A stretch of DNA of 64,000 nt from Octopus sinensis (GCF_006345805.1 NC_043006.1:51088001-51152000); one strand, 5' to 3'. Shown: positions 38,893 through 52,215, numbered from the stretch's first letter. Numbers and translations are program-made. The notes: a model not told the origin generated them from the letters alone.

Positions 38893-40679
38893 GGTCGGTG
38901 GATTGGTAGAGTCGTTAGAGTGCCAGAAGAAATACCTCGCGGTATTTCTTATGGTTCTTTACGTTCTGAGTTCAAATTCTGCCACGGTCAACTTTGCCCT
39001 TCACCTTTCTGGGGTTGATAAAATAAGCACCACTCTAAAACTGAGCTCAATGGTGTCCACTAATTTCCTCCGCTCAAAATTATATGTAATACATAAACGT
39101 GTTGTGTGTGTGTGTGTGTGTATGTGTGTGTGTTTGTGTGTGTGTGTAAAAAGTAGCATGCGTGTGTGCCAGCCCAAGTGTTTCAGTATTTATCAGTGTG
39201 TTTTATAAGATAATATGAATTACAGTCCCATTACTAAGTGCTTTCGTGTAGCCAACCCTATATTTCTGTAAGAGAAACTATCCATATATCTATTTCTCTA
39301 TCGTTCGATGCGTGTACGCGCGCGTACGTGTGTGTAGTTTCAAAATTAACGTTGAAAATAGCAACACTGGTTGGCGCTCAATGGAAGGTAAGAAAGGAGA
39401 TGAGTCTTTGACGTTTCGACATTACACTCTTTTTCGAAAAGTTAGATAGAAGAACAGAAGCAGATGAAAGAAACAAAACAAAGAGATGCCTGTTGGCCAC
39501 GGACTGACAGTTACAGGAAAACTAGGGAGAGTTCTTAGACAATTGCCACAAGGGAAATAACTGTGTGTAAATAACTGAGTACATGTATGCGTAATGTATT
39601 TGTGTGTCCTTTTTACAAAGGCGGGCGCTTAAATGTGTTTAAGGGAGGTAACTGTGAGTCAGTACGAAAATTATGTGTGTAAATTTTATAAGCGCGCTTG
39701 TGTCTCTATGTATGTGTTCACATGCTATTTTGGTGTATGCGTTTTTATTTCAGTCTTAAGTGTGCTTTGGGAAATCAGCGTATCTTAAATTTATAGGTAG
39801 GGTGTTATATTTACGAAGAGAGAGCGCGCGCGTGTGTGTGTGTGTGTGATGTACATATGTAGGCGCGTGCATGTTTTGCGAGCATGTTTATGTGTGTGTG
39901 TATGGTGTACATGTGTAGGCTCGTGTGTGTGTTCGAGTGTGGTGTACATGTGTGGGTGCGTGCACGTTTGTGCGTGTGTAAGCTGTATTCAGATGTATTG
40001 GTGTTATGTGGAGAAGATGTGTGTATATAATTTATGCCATTAGTGTATGTGTGTGTGTGTGTGTGTGTGTGTATGACATTAAGAAAGTGATATGAAACTT
40101 GAATATGTTTCAATTTGTGAATACTGGAGCCGAGATTAGTGATAGAAAGTAGGGATTGTTTTTTTTAATTGTAGTAGATTTCCATTTTTTTATGTATACA
40201 CTGTACAAGCATACTTTTAAACTTGATGACATCTGAATCTGTCAGAGGCTGTGGTAGTGACAAGTTTATACTAAATCAAACAAGGTGATTCAGTATATCA
40301 GTTATCCGCAATCTCCATCAACTAAAATATTCATAAAATAAAACTCTATTTCTATTCGACTCACCGCCACCCTAGTGTATGTTTGTTGGAAACTCTAAAA
40401 TATCTACCATAGTTTTGAAGTCTGATGAAAACGGTGGAGGGCAAACTGTTCCGTTAATTAACTAAGTGATTAATTAATTAATTATTGTATGATTTTACAT
40501 AGATAAATACATATACACCGATGTAAAGCGATAAAATAGTTGAGCTAGCCCATTTGAAATGATCGTAAACTTAAAGTCTTCACTTTTTCGTCACATACAC
40601 ACACACAAGCTTACCCACCTATACATACGTATGTTTACACACACACACACACACCACACACACACACATATATATATAT

Positions 40680-40860
40680 ATAATTCGAATTTACGGTAAA
40701 CAAAGAAGAAAACATGTGAAGGAACGAGAAGTAGATATATTAGTTTAACGCTCAGGAAGAACAGAAGTCTTTTACGTTTCGAGCCTACGCTCTTCGACAG
40801 AATGGATTGAGAGGAAAAGAAAGGAGAGAGAACGAAAAACAAAATGAGAAAAAAAAATTG
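40680..40860 (-). mobile_element. PLE tail with hammerhead motif at 40769-40804
   Basis: CATT-CTGTCGA-A-GAGC(GTAG)GCTC-GAAAC-GTA-AAAG. Confidence 0.7.
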
Positions 40861-41221
40861 TGTAGGAATTAAAGGTTCAACATTATGTATGTATGTATGT
40901 ATGTATGTATGTATGTATGTATGTATGTATGTATGATGTATGCATGCATGTATGAATGTATGTATGCATGCATGCATGCATGTATGTATGTATGTATGTA
41001 TGTATGTATGTATGTATGTATGCATGCATGCTTCTATGTATGTATGTACGTATGTATGCATGCACACGCATACATACACATTAGTTAGGAAAGAAGGCAA
41101 TGCCCATAACCAGTTACAGGGCCTCCGACCTCAATGAGAGAAAGGGAAAGAAGAGGAATGTTTGCAACTGGCGAGGCAGATGGCAGTGTTAAACCAGACC
41201 TGCATGCATACGTACATACAT

Positions 41222-41282
<61 letters not shown>

Positions 41283-41419
41283 GACAGTGTACTTACACAT
41301 CAGAATCAATTTTGTATTTATATCAATCATCCCAGCCCACTTTTCATTAATAATTGTAAGAGCATCAAAACATACACAAAAGAAAAGCACATTCGCTCTT
41401 ATACATGCACGTACGAAAA

Positions 41420-41616
41420 TCAGTAACGACTCTGGGGTGGAGCAAGGGGACCGTCTGTACTGGGCGGAGCGAGGGGACCGTCTGCACTGGGTGACGCTTT
41501 TAGAGGGGCGTCACTTTTCGATCTGCTGCATAAACCAGCGTAGGCTTGGGCGCCCGGGGTCGGGGTGACAATCTCAACGGTTACCCCAGGTGGCAAACGT
41601 TCTAGGTACGTCACTG
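41420..41616. mobile_element. GC-rich hAT-like MITE
   Basis: Imperfect termini cagtaacgactctgg / ctaggtacgtcactg and an internal duplication of about 25 bp. No clear TSD. Confidence 0.45.
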
Positions 41617-41819
41617 ACAAACGAAGATGACAACGTGTGTTTATACTTGCATAACCGTGTGTGTGTGTGTGTGCACATACATAGTCACACACACACACAC
41701 ACATACACACACTCAAGATATAAATAGAGAGAGAAAGGGTGGAAGGGTAATTGTAACGGGTGTTAGCCGTGAGCATATCTATGTCTGTTTGCAAAAGTCT
41801 TTGCGTGCACACGTATATA

Positions 41820-42140
41820 CAGTAATCCCTCGCCATATCGCGGTTCACTTATCGCTGTTCACTTATCGCTGTTTATTATTTAAGCTTACGCCGATTCCTC
41901 TGTGGTGTTGTCTTGCATACTCTTTTATACTCTTTTACTTTTTTACTTGTTTCAATCATTTGACTGCGGCCATACTGGAGCACCGCCTTTAGTCGAGCAA
42001 ATCGACCCTAGGACTTATTCTTTGTGGGCCTAGTACTTATTCCATCGGTCTCTTTTGCCGAACTGCTAAGTTACGGGGACGTAAACACAGCAGCATCGGT
42101 TGTCAAGCTATGTTGGGGGACAAACACAGACACACAAACA

Positions 42141-42178
<38 letters not shown>

Positions 42179-42188
42179 ACACACACAC

Positions 42189-42265
<77 letters not shown>

Positions 42266-42551
42266 GATAGGCTTCATTCAGTTTCCGTCTACCAAATCCA
42301 CTCACAAGGCTTTGGTAGAAGACACTTGCCCAAGGTGCCACGCAGACTGAACCCAGAACCATGTGGGTGGTAAGCAAGCTAGTTACCACACAGCCACTCC
42401 TGCACTTGCTGCATATATGATAAAATAAATATATACCAATTATAATTTTTTTTTTTTAATGTACAGTAGAGTACTGTTTCTACTTCGCGGATTTTTACCT
42501 ATCGCGGGAGGTTTTGGCACGTAACACCTGCGATAGTCGAGAGATTACTGT
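41820..42551. mobile_element. Tigger-type MITE interrupted by a family B SINE (41940-42403, minus)
   Basis: TA|cagtaatccctcgcc...gcgatagtcgagagattactg|TA. Confidence 0.7.
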
Positions 42552-42798
42552 ATTAGTTGTACAAAACTTCACATAGTTCGTTGTTGTTGCTGTTCGAGTG
42601 AGCAGATCTATGGTCTTAGTTATTTTCATCCTACTAGAAATAGCAGCCAAATCTTTAATCACGCTTTGCTGACTTTGAAAATGACACATTGGATTATGTA
42701 GTTCTGGGTAACCAAGTACAAAGGAAAAGATGACCAGATCGCGATTGTAATATCTCTGTGTCTCTATCTTTCTTACAGTCTCTCTCTTTCTCTCCTCT

Positions 42799-42847
<49 letters not shown>

Positions 42848-43596
42848 TCACACACAAACACATTCACATACACACACACAGAAGCACCCTCGCTCCACCC
42901 CTCTTTCCTTCCTCCACCTCTCTGTCCATCCCTCTTTCTCAAATAATGCTTAACTTATATACGGTAGTAGAATAATATTCTTAAGGCCGCAATTTACTCA
43001 CACACAGCATCTTTCAGAGCTTGTCGCTAATTCAGTTCTTAACCAAATTGAAAACTGTTAACATTTTTGAAGAGGGCTGGTCCTTAGCTACATTTTGGCA
43101 TTAAAAAGTTGAGCTTTGGCCTAGTAGAAAAAAGTTTACTTTTGTAGCAATGTTAGAGGAGAGCAAGTGACGCCTCCAATCAAGTTTAGATCTAAATAAC
43201 TTTTTTTTATTTTAAAAGCAAAATATATTTATCTTAGCTTCAATGATAGAAGAAAGCATGAAGAATTTCATAGTTTTGGTCCCATGCAATAAAAAATTTG
43301 TATCAAAAAAGTTGTCAGGTAAAATATCATAGCAAAAATAAGGCAAAAAATTGGATTTATGTATAATTAACTTTTAGATTTTAAAAACAAACTTAATGTT
43401 TTAATTAAATGATAGAATTCAATTCGAGGAATTTCATGGTATCAATCGCATGCAATGAAGTTTTAAAAGAAAGAAGTTATGAGTGTTTGTTTCTCAAATT
43501 TGGTGGTGATAATATAGTTCTATACATTTTTATGGATATAGTTCTATAAGGGAACTTTTAATATATGTCACTGGCAACATTGAGGTAAGGAAAAAA

Positions 43597-44770
43597 TTAT
43601 GTAGCAAATAATTTTTTCGAATGCTTTTTAGCTATTGACATTTGGTGCATGAAAGAGTTTAATGCAGCCGCCCTCAACTGCACTTCCTGCCGCGAAGTTG
43701 GTTCATCTGAGACACCTGACAGGAAAAGGTCCAGCTTTATTTTGAAGACACCTACATCCACCCAATGCAGGTCTCTCAGGTCCTTCGGGAGGATATTGAA
43801 GAGCTGTGGACCTCTGAAGCCCAGGCTATTGCAGTATCTTGTCCTACATCTTGATGGCAAATTTGGAGTCCTTGGCACTATGCAGTGGCGCCCAGTTCTA
43901 GCATTTGCGTAACTCCCGATGCCAAAGTTTGGAACACGTCCTTCCAGGATCTTCCAGATGTATATTATGGCATATCTTTCTCGCCTACGCTCTAAGGAAT
44001 AGAGTCTTAATATCTTGAGTCTTTCCCAATAGCTTATATGCTGCATAGAGGCTATCTTCTTCGTGTAGCTTCGTTGGATTGGCTCAAGTTCTAAGATTAA
44101 TTTGACACTGGTTGGTGACCATAACTGAGAGCAATAGTCAAAGTGACTTAGGACAAGTGTCCTCCAGGGGACCATCAGGATTTCCTGGTCTCTTGTTCTA
44201 AAAGTTCTAAGAATCCATCCGGTCAGCCGCCTACATTTCATTGCCTATTTAGCAATATGCACATTAAAGGTTGCATCATCACTCATGTAAATGCCCAGGT
44301 CTCGCATTGATTGTGCCTCTGGGATTGCAATCCCTCCAGGTCCAGTGTATTGGGTTTGAAACTTTTCAGCATTAAACTGCATGCTATTCTTTTCAGCCCA
44401 CTTGTATATTTCATCCAGCTCACTTTGCAGGTGCAAAGTGTCTTCAGGGTTCTGTATTATCTGTGAGACTTTTGTATCATCTGCATAACTTGTGATTGTG
44501 GCTCTCTGTGTGGCTGAGGGCATGTCTGAGAGGGCTATTATCAACAGTAGTAGTCCCAAAACAGTGCCTTGCGGAACACCGCTCACTATTTGCGTGTCAT
44601 TGGGGGTGGCCCCATTGGCTACTACCACCTGACTTCTATCCTTCAGAAAATTATGAAGCCATTCTCCCAATTTTCCAACTATGCCAAGATCACGCAGTTT
44701 GTGACATATCATTCCATGATCGACGTTATCAAAGGCCTTTGCAAAGTCGAGATATATCACTTCCACATTT
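43597..44770 (-). mobile_element. CR1-clade LINE, 5'-truncated RT and C-terminal domain
   Basis: YLDFAKAFDNVDH, SGVPQGTVLG, SYADDTK, RDLGI, FDYCSQLWSP, LYSLERRRERY. Frameshift or stop near 44243. Confidence 0.92.
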
Positions 44771-45109
44771 GATTATAAACCAAAAAAATTACAGGACTGG
44801 TTATTACACTTGGAAAAATTCAGGACAACTTATTATATCTGATAAAGTACAGAACAAGAAAGATTTTACTTAAAATATTACAGCTAAGGATAAAATTTGA
44901 ATATTAAAAATTGACTTCTAATCTACAACAAGTAATAACAAACAAAATAATTTGTAATAAAATTTGTAGCCTAATTCGCTGATTGCCTGATTCGTTGCCA
45001 AAGAATAGATATGTGTTATTGCATATTGTCATAGTGAATATAAATCGTTTTGAGGCTTTTGATTGACCTCTTCTTCCCAATGTCTTCTCTTTGTTTTGTG
45101 AATGTCTCA

Positions 45110-45330
45110 ATGTACCGTTCGCTGTTCACAGTCCACCACGTTGAGGTCGTCTCTTACTGCGTGGTTTGTCTTCAATGCTGGCTTTCCCTTTTTCGAAGCT
45201 TCATCTATGTGCACTCATTGTTCTAGTGAATGGCGTGATTTCCCTGAACAATCTGTAGTCTTCTAAGGATGTCGAACAGCCTGCTCCCTCCTTCGTCAAG
45301 AACTTCTATGGCAGCGCGTTGTTTCGTTTT
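45110..45330 (-). mobile_element. Mariner transposase N-terminal relic
   Basis: KKGKASIEDKPRSKRRP resembles the F..G..S.ED.PRSGRP motif. Confidence 0.45.
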
Positions 45331-45565
45331 GGAACCCATTATTTACCTGCAATGAAAATTAAGAAGAGATGTTATTATAGAGAAGAGTGCAATTTGAACG
45401 ACATATATCAGTTAATTAAAGAGTTATGCCTATTTTTGCATTACTTTCGAATTGCACATGTCGGTAGAGTAACTATGTGTGTGCGCGCAGGTATGCATGC
45501 GCATGTGTATGTCCATGTATATGTTTATGTATTTGTATACATATATGCAGGCATACATACATACA

Positions 45566-45596
<31 letters not shown>

Positions 45597-45714
45597 GTGT
45601 ATGTGCTTTATTTGGGGGTTAACAAGGATACTGTTGGTTTCATGTGGTGGGAAATATTTGTTTATTATTTACATTATTTACATTTGACGGATACTTGTCC
45701 TCATCTTGTTTGTT

Positions 45715-45760
45715 GTTAACACGTTTCGGCTGATATACCCTCCAGCCTTCATAAGGTGTC
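45715..45760 (-). ncRNA. Degenerate hammerhead motif (second PLE-tail family)
   Basis: GACAC-CTTATGA-A-GGCTG(GAGGGTATAT)CAGCC-GAAAC-GTGTT. The core G is mutated to T and the cleavage triplet appears deleted. Confidence 0.45.
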
Positions 45761-45811
45761 GTGGGAAAATTTCCTGGGTTCTCATTCCTAAGGTATTTTT
45801 CGATGTTGTTG

Positions 45812-45866
<55 letters not shown>

Positions 45867-46464
45867 CATTATTATTATTCAGGTTATTACCTGGAATCGA
45901 ACTCGGAATCATGGGGTTAGTAGCCCGCGCTCTTAACCACTACGTCATATTTCAAAATCTCGTGCGATCTCGTGTGACTTCGTTTCCATCCATGATGGTG
46001 ACGAGCACCATTGTCCCAAGTGGAAAGCGTGAAAAATGTTGAGAATTCTCTGGACAAGAAACCAATGGTAGCCTTGTTAACCCAAATATATCTTTTACTG
46101 GCTTCAACTAAAAACTGAGGCCACGCTGGGGCACCGCCTTTGTATTTGAATAAATATATGAATATATGTATTTGTAAGGAGGGAAGGGTGGCTGTGCGCA
46201 GGAGAGGAGAGGCAGCTGAAAGAGCTTCTTGTTGGCTTTGGAGCAAGAGAGAGGATTTAAGCTAGAAACCAAGAAGAAGCCAGGAGCAGTGACTTGCCAC
46301 CTCTGCTGATCCACCAACGGGAGGGTGTTACGGTTCAGGGTCGAAACACTTGATTAACGTTGGATACCGTCTGATGACATCAGTTCCTCCTGGCCAAGGC
46401 TCCATACACTTTGGTGAATGGAAAAACACCTCCTTATAGGTGTTATTAACATGTATATATATAT

Positions 46465-46531
<67 letters not shown>

Positions 46532-47468
46532 TGTATGTATGTATGTATGTACATGCATATGTATATATATATAGGTAGGCAGAGTTAGCGGTTTTAATAA
46601 CCGTCTAAGGGTTAACAGTATCCGTTCTTACTCTCGGTATTAATTACCTATGCTATCCCTGGGCGTGGATATGCAGGCACACCATGCTCATAGGGTACAA
46701 ATCGAATGTGCTATGAAGATGACGAATATCATTTTCGGAATTTCTTTCGTAAGCACCGACTAACATTGGAAGCGGAAACGGCCGTAAGAAATGTTATGTC
46801 ATGTTTTGTATTAAAAAATAATCAACAGATGTTTCTCAATTTGTTTGTTTGTTTGTTGATCAAAAGCTTTCTCCATTTTCTGATTATTTAAATATATATA
46901 TATATACGTAACACACACACATACAAGAAAACCATCGCGTTAGTTAGTAGTTCTTGCTGTTTAACCTTGGATGAAGTCCGTTTTTGTAGATATCTGTTGA
47001 ATAACTTTCCAGACGCAACCATTCTACCTTTAATTCAGGCGTTATACGTAGGGCTACGTTAACTAAGGTATCTATTTTGCCGAATTCAGCTTTGCCTTTC
47101 GTACTTTCGAGGTCAATAGATGAAGTCAGTAAATAAAGTACCAGTCAAATACTTGAGGGTGGATTTCTCTCTCTCTCTCCCGCTCTCATTATTTTTATTT
47201 ATATATGTGTGTGTTAGAGAGAGAGAGGGAGAAATATTTGCTTATATATATGTTATATGTGCATATATGCTAGTGTGTGTGCGTGTGTGTGTGTGTGTGT
47301 GTGAGTGTGTGTGTTAAGTATACGTATATGGTTTTTATCTTTAACATTCCTAGGAATACACAGACGTGCATATATGACGCTCTCTTTTCCTATTTCTGTC
47401 TCGTATTTTTTTGCTCTCTGCTCTTAATTTTTCTCCCACCACCCTCTCTCTCTCTCTCTATCTCTCTA

Positions 47469-47500
<32 letters not shown>

Positions 47501-47974
47501 ATTCGTGCCTGCGTGTGTTTGCGCGTTTCTGTGTGTCTATTTGTGTAATTTGTGCGTGCGTGCGCAGATGCGCCCGCAAGGATGGATGTTTAGCATATTA
47601 ATTTCAGGCTAAATGAAAGGATATAAAGGCACCATCTCTGAGTCATATTGTTTTGTTTCTTTGTTTTCTTTTATAATTTAGAGGGGTTTTTTTAAACTAA
47701 TCTAAGAGAGAGCAGTGGAATTTTGTAGTTTTACTTAATAACATGTTCTGGAATTTTCTATATCAATAGCAACCCACGATCACATCTATTATCTTTATCT
47801 CTCAAATGGAATTTTTCACAATTCTTTCTTTAGCTTAACACGAGGGAGAAAAGGGTATTAAAAACACCGTATTTCTTGTGCTACAATGTTTCATACAGGG
47901 AAAATAAAGAATTAAATATGATTTAGTACAGATTATATTTTAATATACATTTTATACATATACACTTACATACA

Positions 47975-48015
<41 letters not shown>

Positions 48016-48092
48016 GTGCGTACGTATGTATGTATGTATGTATGTATGTATGTATGTATGTATGTATGTATGTATGTATGTATGTAGTGAAA

Positions 48093-48405
48093 GCGCATGG
48101 CTCAGTGGTTAGAGCGTCGAGCTTACGATCGTGAGGTTGTGAGTTCGATTCTCGGACCGGGCTGCGTGTTGTGTTCTTGAGCAAGACACTTTATTTCACG
48201 TTGCTCCAGTTCACTCGGCTGTAGAAATGAGTTGCGACATCACTGATGCCAAGCTGTATCGGCCTTTACCTTTCCCTTGGTGTGGAGAGGGGAGGTATGC
48301 ATGGGCGACTGCTGGCCTTCCATAAACAACCTTGCCCGGACTTGTGCCTCGGAGGGTAACTTTCTAGGTGCAATCCCATGGTCATTCATGGCCGAAGGGG
48401 GTCTC
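48093..48405 (+). mobile_element. tRNA-derived SINE, family C
   Basis: Near-identical to 13345-13665. Confidence 0.85.
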
Positions 48406-48479
48406 CTCCTCCTCCTCATGTATGTATATGGCTGCGAAACCTGAACTCTATATTGTCGCAATAACCAAAAATAACCAGC

Positions 48480-48750
48480 AAAAGCTTCGTCCGGTCTTGA
48501 ACATCAAGTGGAAATAGGATGTGACCAACAACAAAGTCCTGGAAAAAGCCAACAACCAAAGCATGGAATCGCTGATCATGAAACACCGTCTTCGTGTAGT
48601 CAGGAAAGAATGCAAGAAAGGAAGAGTCAAGGCTCTCACGTCAAGTCTTATTCAGAGAGCTGACTTCAGGGAAAAGACTACGGAGTTGACGTCTTCGATG
48701 ATACAAGGACCAGCTCAAAGTAACACTGAAAGCCACTGGACTTGAGCCTG
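48480..48750 (+). mobile_element. RTE LINE fragment (internally deleted)
   Basis: VTNNKVLEKANNQSMESLIMKHRLR followed by a KDQLK-like segment. Confidence 0.65.
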
Positions 48751-48869
48751 AATCGTTTGAAACACAAGCACTAGACCGTATCAACTGATAGTAAAATAGC
48801 ACCAAAACAAAAAATTATTTTGGCAACTGGTTTTAGGGAAGAGGTTTTGTATAATGTTTAAAATGAATA

Positions 48870-49300
48870 TCATTAAAAAATGCTATCTTGGAAACCAGAC
48901 ATAGTTTTAATTGAGAAAGAAAGCAAACGATACTGGATCATAGATATAGCATGCCCAGCTGACAACAAAGTATGCGATTAGGAAGAAATAAAAGTCGATA
49001 GATATAACAGATTAGTTTGGGAGGTTAAGCAGTTGTGGTCGCTGAAAAATGTGGTAGTAGTACCAATAACTGTCGGAGCCCTGTTAACAGTGAGTAAAAA
49101 TCTTGAGAAGTATATCGAACAAATAGGGACTGCAATAAGGGTGGAGCACTTACAGAAAACGGCACAGCTTGGAACCGCTCGAATACTCCGGATGGTGTTC
49201 GAAAAATAAGGGGTGTTGTCTTAGTTCACTAGTAGTGAACAGCTGACATCGTAGTACATCTCCAGCGTTAGAAGCTGTGCAAGGACAATAAAATGATGAG
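48870..49300 (+). mobile_element. Dong/R4-type RLE 3' fragment
   Basis: KPDIVLIEKESKRYWIIDIACPADNK...EVKQLWSLKNVVVVPITVGAL, followed by (TAA)n. Confidence 0.85.
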
Positions 49301-49307
49301 GATGATG

Positions 49308-49374
<67 letters not shown>

Positions 49375-49377
<3 letters not shown>

Positions 49378-49932
49378 GCCTTGATGCAGTACCAGGCAGT
49401 GCTCTCATGGCTTCTGATCTTAACTGATTGGAAGTGTTATTATGTACATTGTTTTGTCTTGGTATAAAAGATGGGCTACAAGCAAATATTCTGCTCAATA
49501 CCACAGATTTGCTTGTCAGTTGTTTGACCTTAACCAGTTGAGCATGTCCCTTAGTGGCTGACGATATGTGCATCTCTGATCACGAGCAGAAGTAGTGGGG
49601 GAGCATCATAGCCATGTGTTGAGAGGGATTCTTTGGGGTTTGAATAATTCACCTCTGGAAACATGGGTGGTTCTTTCAACATCCTTAAACAACCCTTATT
49701 CAGAGACCTTTTGAGCGGGATGGGCTACTCAACCTGAAGAAAATTCTAACTGAGCCCCACCTGCAAGGTCATGTGCTGTTTATCTTGATATGAGATCACC
49801 ATGTCGCGCACATATGGTTGTGATGCATGTGCCTGGTGTACCTTTATCAGACGGGTAGTCATGATGGGTATATTGGGCTTCGTATATTTTACCCCAGTGT
49901 CACTTTGATGGCATGCACTGCTCTCTCACTCA
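49375..49932 (+). mobile_element. Family E (TAA)n-associated element
   Basis: Flanked on both sides by (TAA)n. Homologous to 14125-14670. Confidence 0.8.
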
Positions 49933-49990
49933 ATAATAATAATAATAATAATAATAATAATTAATAATAATAATAATGATAATAATAATA

Positions 49991-50402
49991 TCAGACATCG
50001 GAAACCGGACATTGTTGTGGTGAATAAAAAAGCAAGAACATGTATGATAATCGACGTAATATGCCCCTGTGACAACAAGATCAATATGAAAGAAGAAAAA
50101 AAACAAACAACTATGACGATTTGAAGTGGCAAATATGAAGGTTGTGGTCAATGAATAGATTAGACGTGATACCGATAGTAATTGACGCACTTGGAAGTAT
50201 CAGCACTCAACTACCAACATGGCTGAAAAAAAATCGTGCAAATGTGAAGGTAGAACACCAACAAAAATCAGCATTGCTTGGAACTGCAAGAATTCTTCGC
50301 AAGGTTTTTGAAGCATGACCAGTAAACAAGTGTCACCTTAGTCTGCTGGCTGTGGACAGCTGACACTGTCCACCATACCCAGCAAAATAAGCTATGAGTT
50401 TT
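49991..50402 (+). mobile_element. Dong/R4-type RLE 3' fragment
   Basis: RHRKPDIVVVNKKARTCMIIDVICPCDNK...ALLGTARILRKV, with (TAA)n on both sides. Confidence 0.85.
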
Positions 50403-50403
50403 C

Positions 50404-50439
<36 letters not shown>

Positions 50440-50478
50440 TGATGATGATGATGATGATAATAATAATAATCCTTTCTA

Positions 50479-51033
50479 TTGGGTTGTCCGGAAAGTTCGT
50501 GCCGATCTTAGTAGCTTACCTTTCGACTTATTTTAGAGTCCATAAACTAGGATTTGACTGCACCTCCATTTAGAGCACAGTTTAAGCTATCTTTTCATGA
50601 AAGAAGATTTATGTTCCTATAACCTGTGTTAATTCTGTAACCCTTTAAAATGGAAGATATGAAAGTTCATTTTCGGCACTTGATGCTTTGGGAACAAAAC
50701 AAAAATTGTTGCAGCTCGGCTGGGATGTGTTACTCCACCCTCCATATTCACCAGATATTGCTCCTTCGGATTTCCACTTATTCAGGTCTCTGCAGAATAG
50801 TCTTAATGGTAAAAATTTCAATTCCTTGGATGACGTAAAAAGGTACCTTGATGAATTCTTTACCATGAAACCACCTCAGTTCTGGGAAGAGGGTATTTTC
50901 AAGTTAAAGGAAAGATGGAGACGCATTGTGCAATAAAATGGTTCATATTTAGTTGATTATAATTGTAATGGCAAGTATTTATTGACCTTTCGCTTTCCTT
51001 TAAGAATCGGCACGAACATTCCGGACAACCCAA
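50479..51033 (+). mobile_element. Internally deleted mariner element with intact TIRs, inserted in a family A SINE
   Basis: TA|ttgggttgtccggaaagttcgtgccgat ... atcggcacgaacattccggacaacccaa|TA. MEDMKVHFRHLMLWE is joined to HPPYSPDIAPSDFHLF...WEEGIFKLKERW. Confidence 0.93.
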
Positions 51034-51215
51034 TACTAAAGGCACAAGGCTTGAAATTTGGGGGAAGGGATAGTAGATTACATCGACCCCAGTACTTAAC
51101 TGGTACTTAATTTATCGGTCCCCGAAATGATGAAAGGTAAAGTCGGCCTCGGACGAAATACCACTAAGCATTTCGTCCAGCTTGCTAACAATTCTGCCAG
51201 GTCGCCGCCTTGATG

Positions 51216-51251
<36 letters not shown>

Positions 51252-52215
51252 TACTATCCTAAATTGGTATAACTGATTATATTTTTACATGGATCTTTAC
51301 CTTTTGACCGGCAGATTTAGAAAATAATTTTTTGTAAATAAACACTTTCAAACTTCGTTTACTGGTAGAAAGTGTCATATAAAACATATTTTACTCTTAG
51401 CGTTTTTGAGAAAAGTTTATGTTTACGAAGTTATTTCAAAGTGTCTGCGTAAAGCATAGTATGTTTCTATTTTACTCCATCCTAAATTTAGAAGTTCACT
51501 TTGAGTTTTATGTAAGCTCTCTAAATTAATTTTAATACGTTATGTTGAAGAGCAGTAATTGCTCTTTTTTCTTTTCTTTTCATTTCTGGTTCTTGTACGG
51601 ATTGTTAAATTTTTTTGTTTTACTCTTTTGTCAGTTTAAATATCTGCTACTGAAAGGTCGTTTCATATTTTTAAGAAGATATATAAATTTTATTAAGACA
51701 CACACACACACAATAGTTCATATTATTTCACATTTTCTTCATTTTTTCATGTGTCGAAACTTAAAAATTGTGGTGGGTGTGTACAGATAATCATTTATCC
51801 AAATAAACATTCTTAAATTTATATTCATCACACATTTTCACACCTTCGCATTCCCACGTAGTCGACTTCTCATAAGAAAAAAAAAACTATAGATATATAG
51901 GTATATTATACCATAAGCATATACAGGTATATCAAATATCATACAACGTAAATTCTTGGTTTATGAAAATTATCCCCGCCTCTTGAGGATGTGTCTTAAT
52001 TACTAAATAACACTTGAGAATAGTTCCATTTGAAAAAGCGAGATGATCGCAAGAATCAAGAATTTTCCAAAGTTGACATGCTGTTAAGGACAAAGAGAGG
52101 CTAAGAGGACGCGTGTTTCTGCCTAAGTAGTCGTCACTAGCACGACAATTCACCTATCTTATCTCCAGCGACCAAGGAACATAAACAGATACAAAAAGGT
52201 AGAGCACATTTATAG

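Noticed and set aside
46338-46380. GAAAC ... CTGATGA arrangement suggesting a type II hammerhead
   Set aside because: Stems I, II and III cannot be paired convincingly around the motifs.
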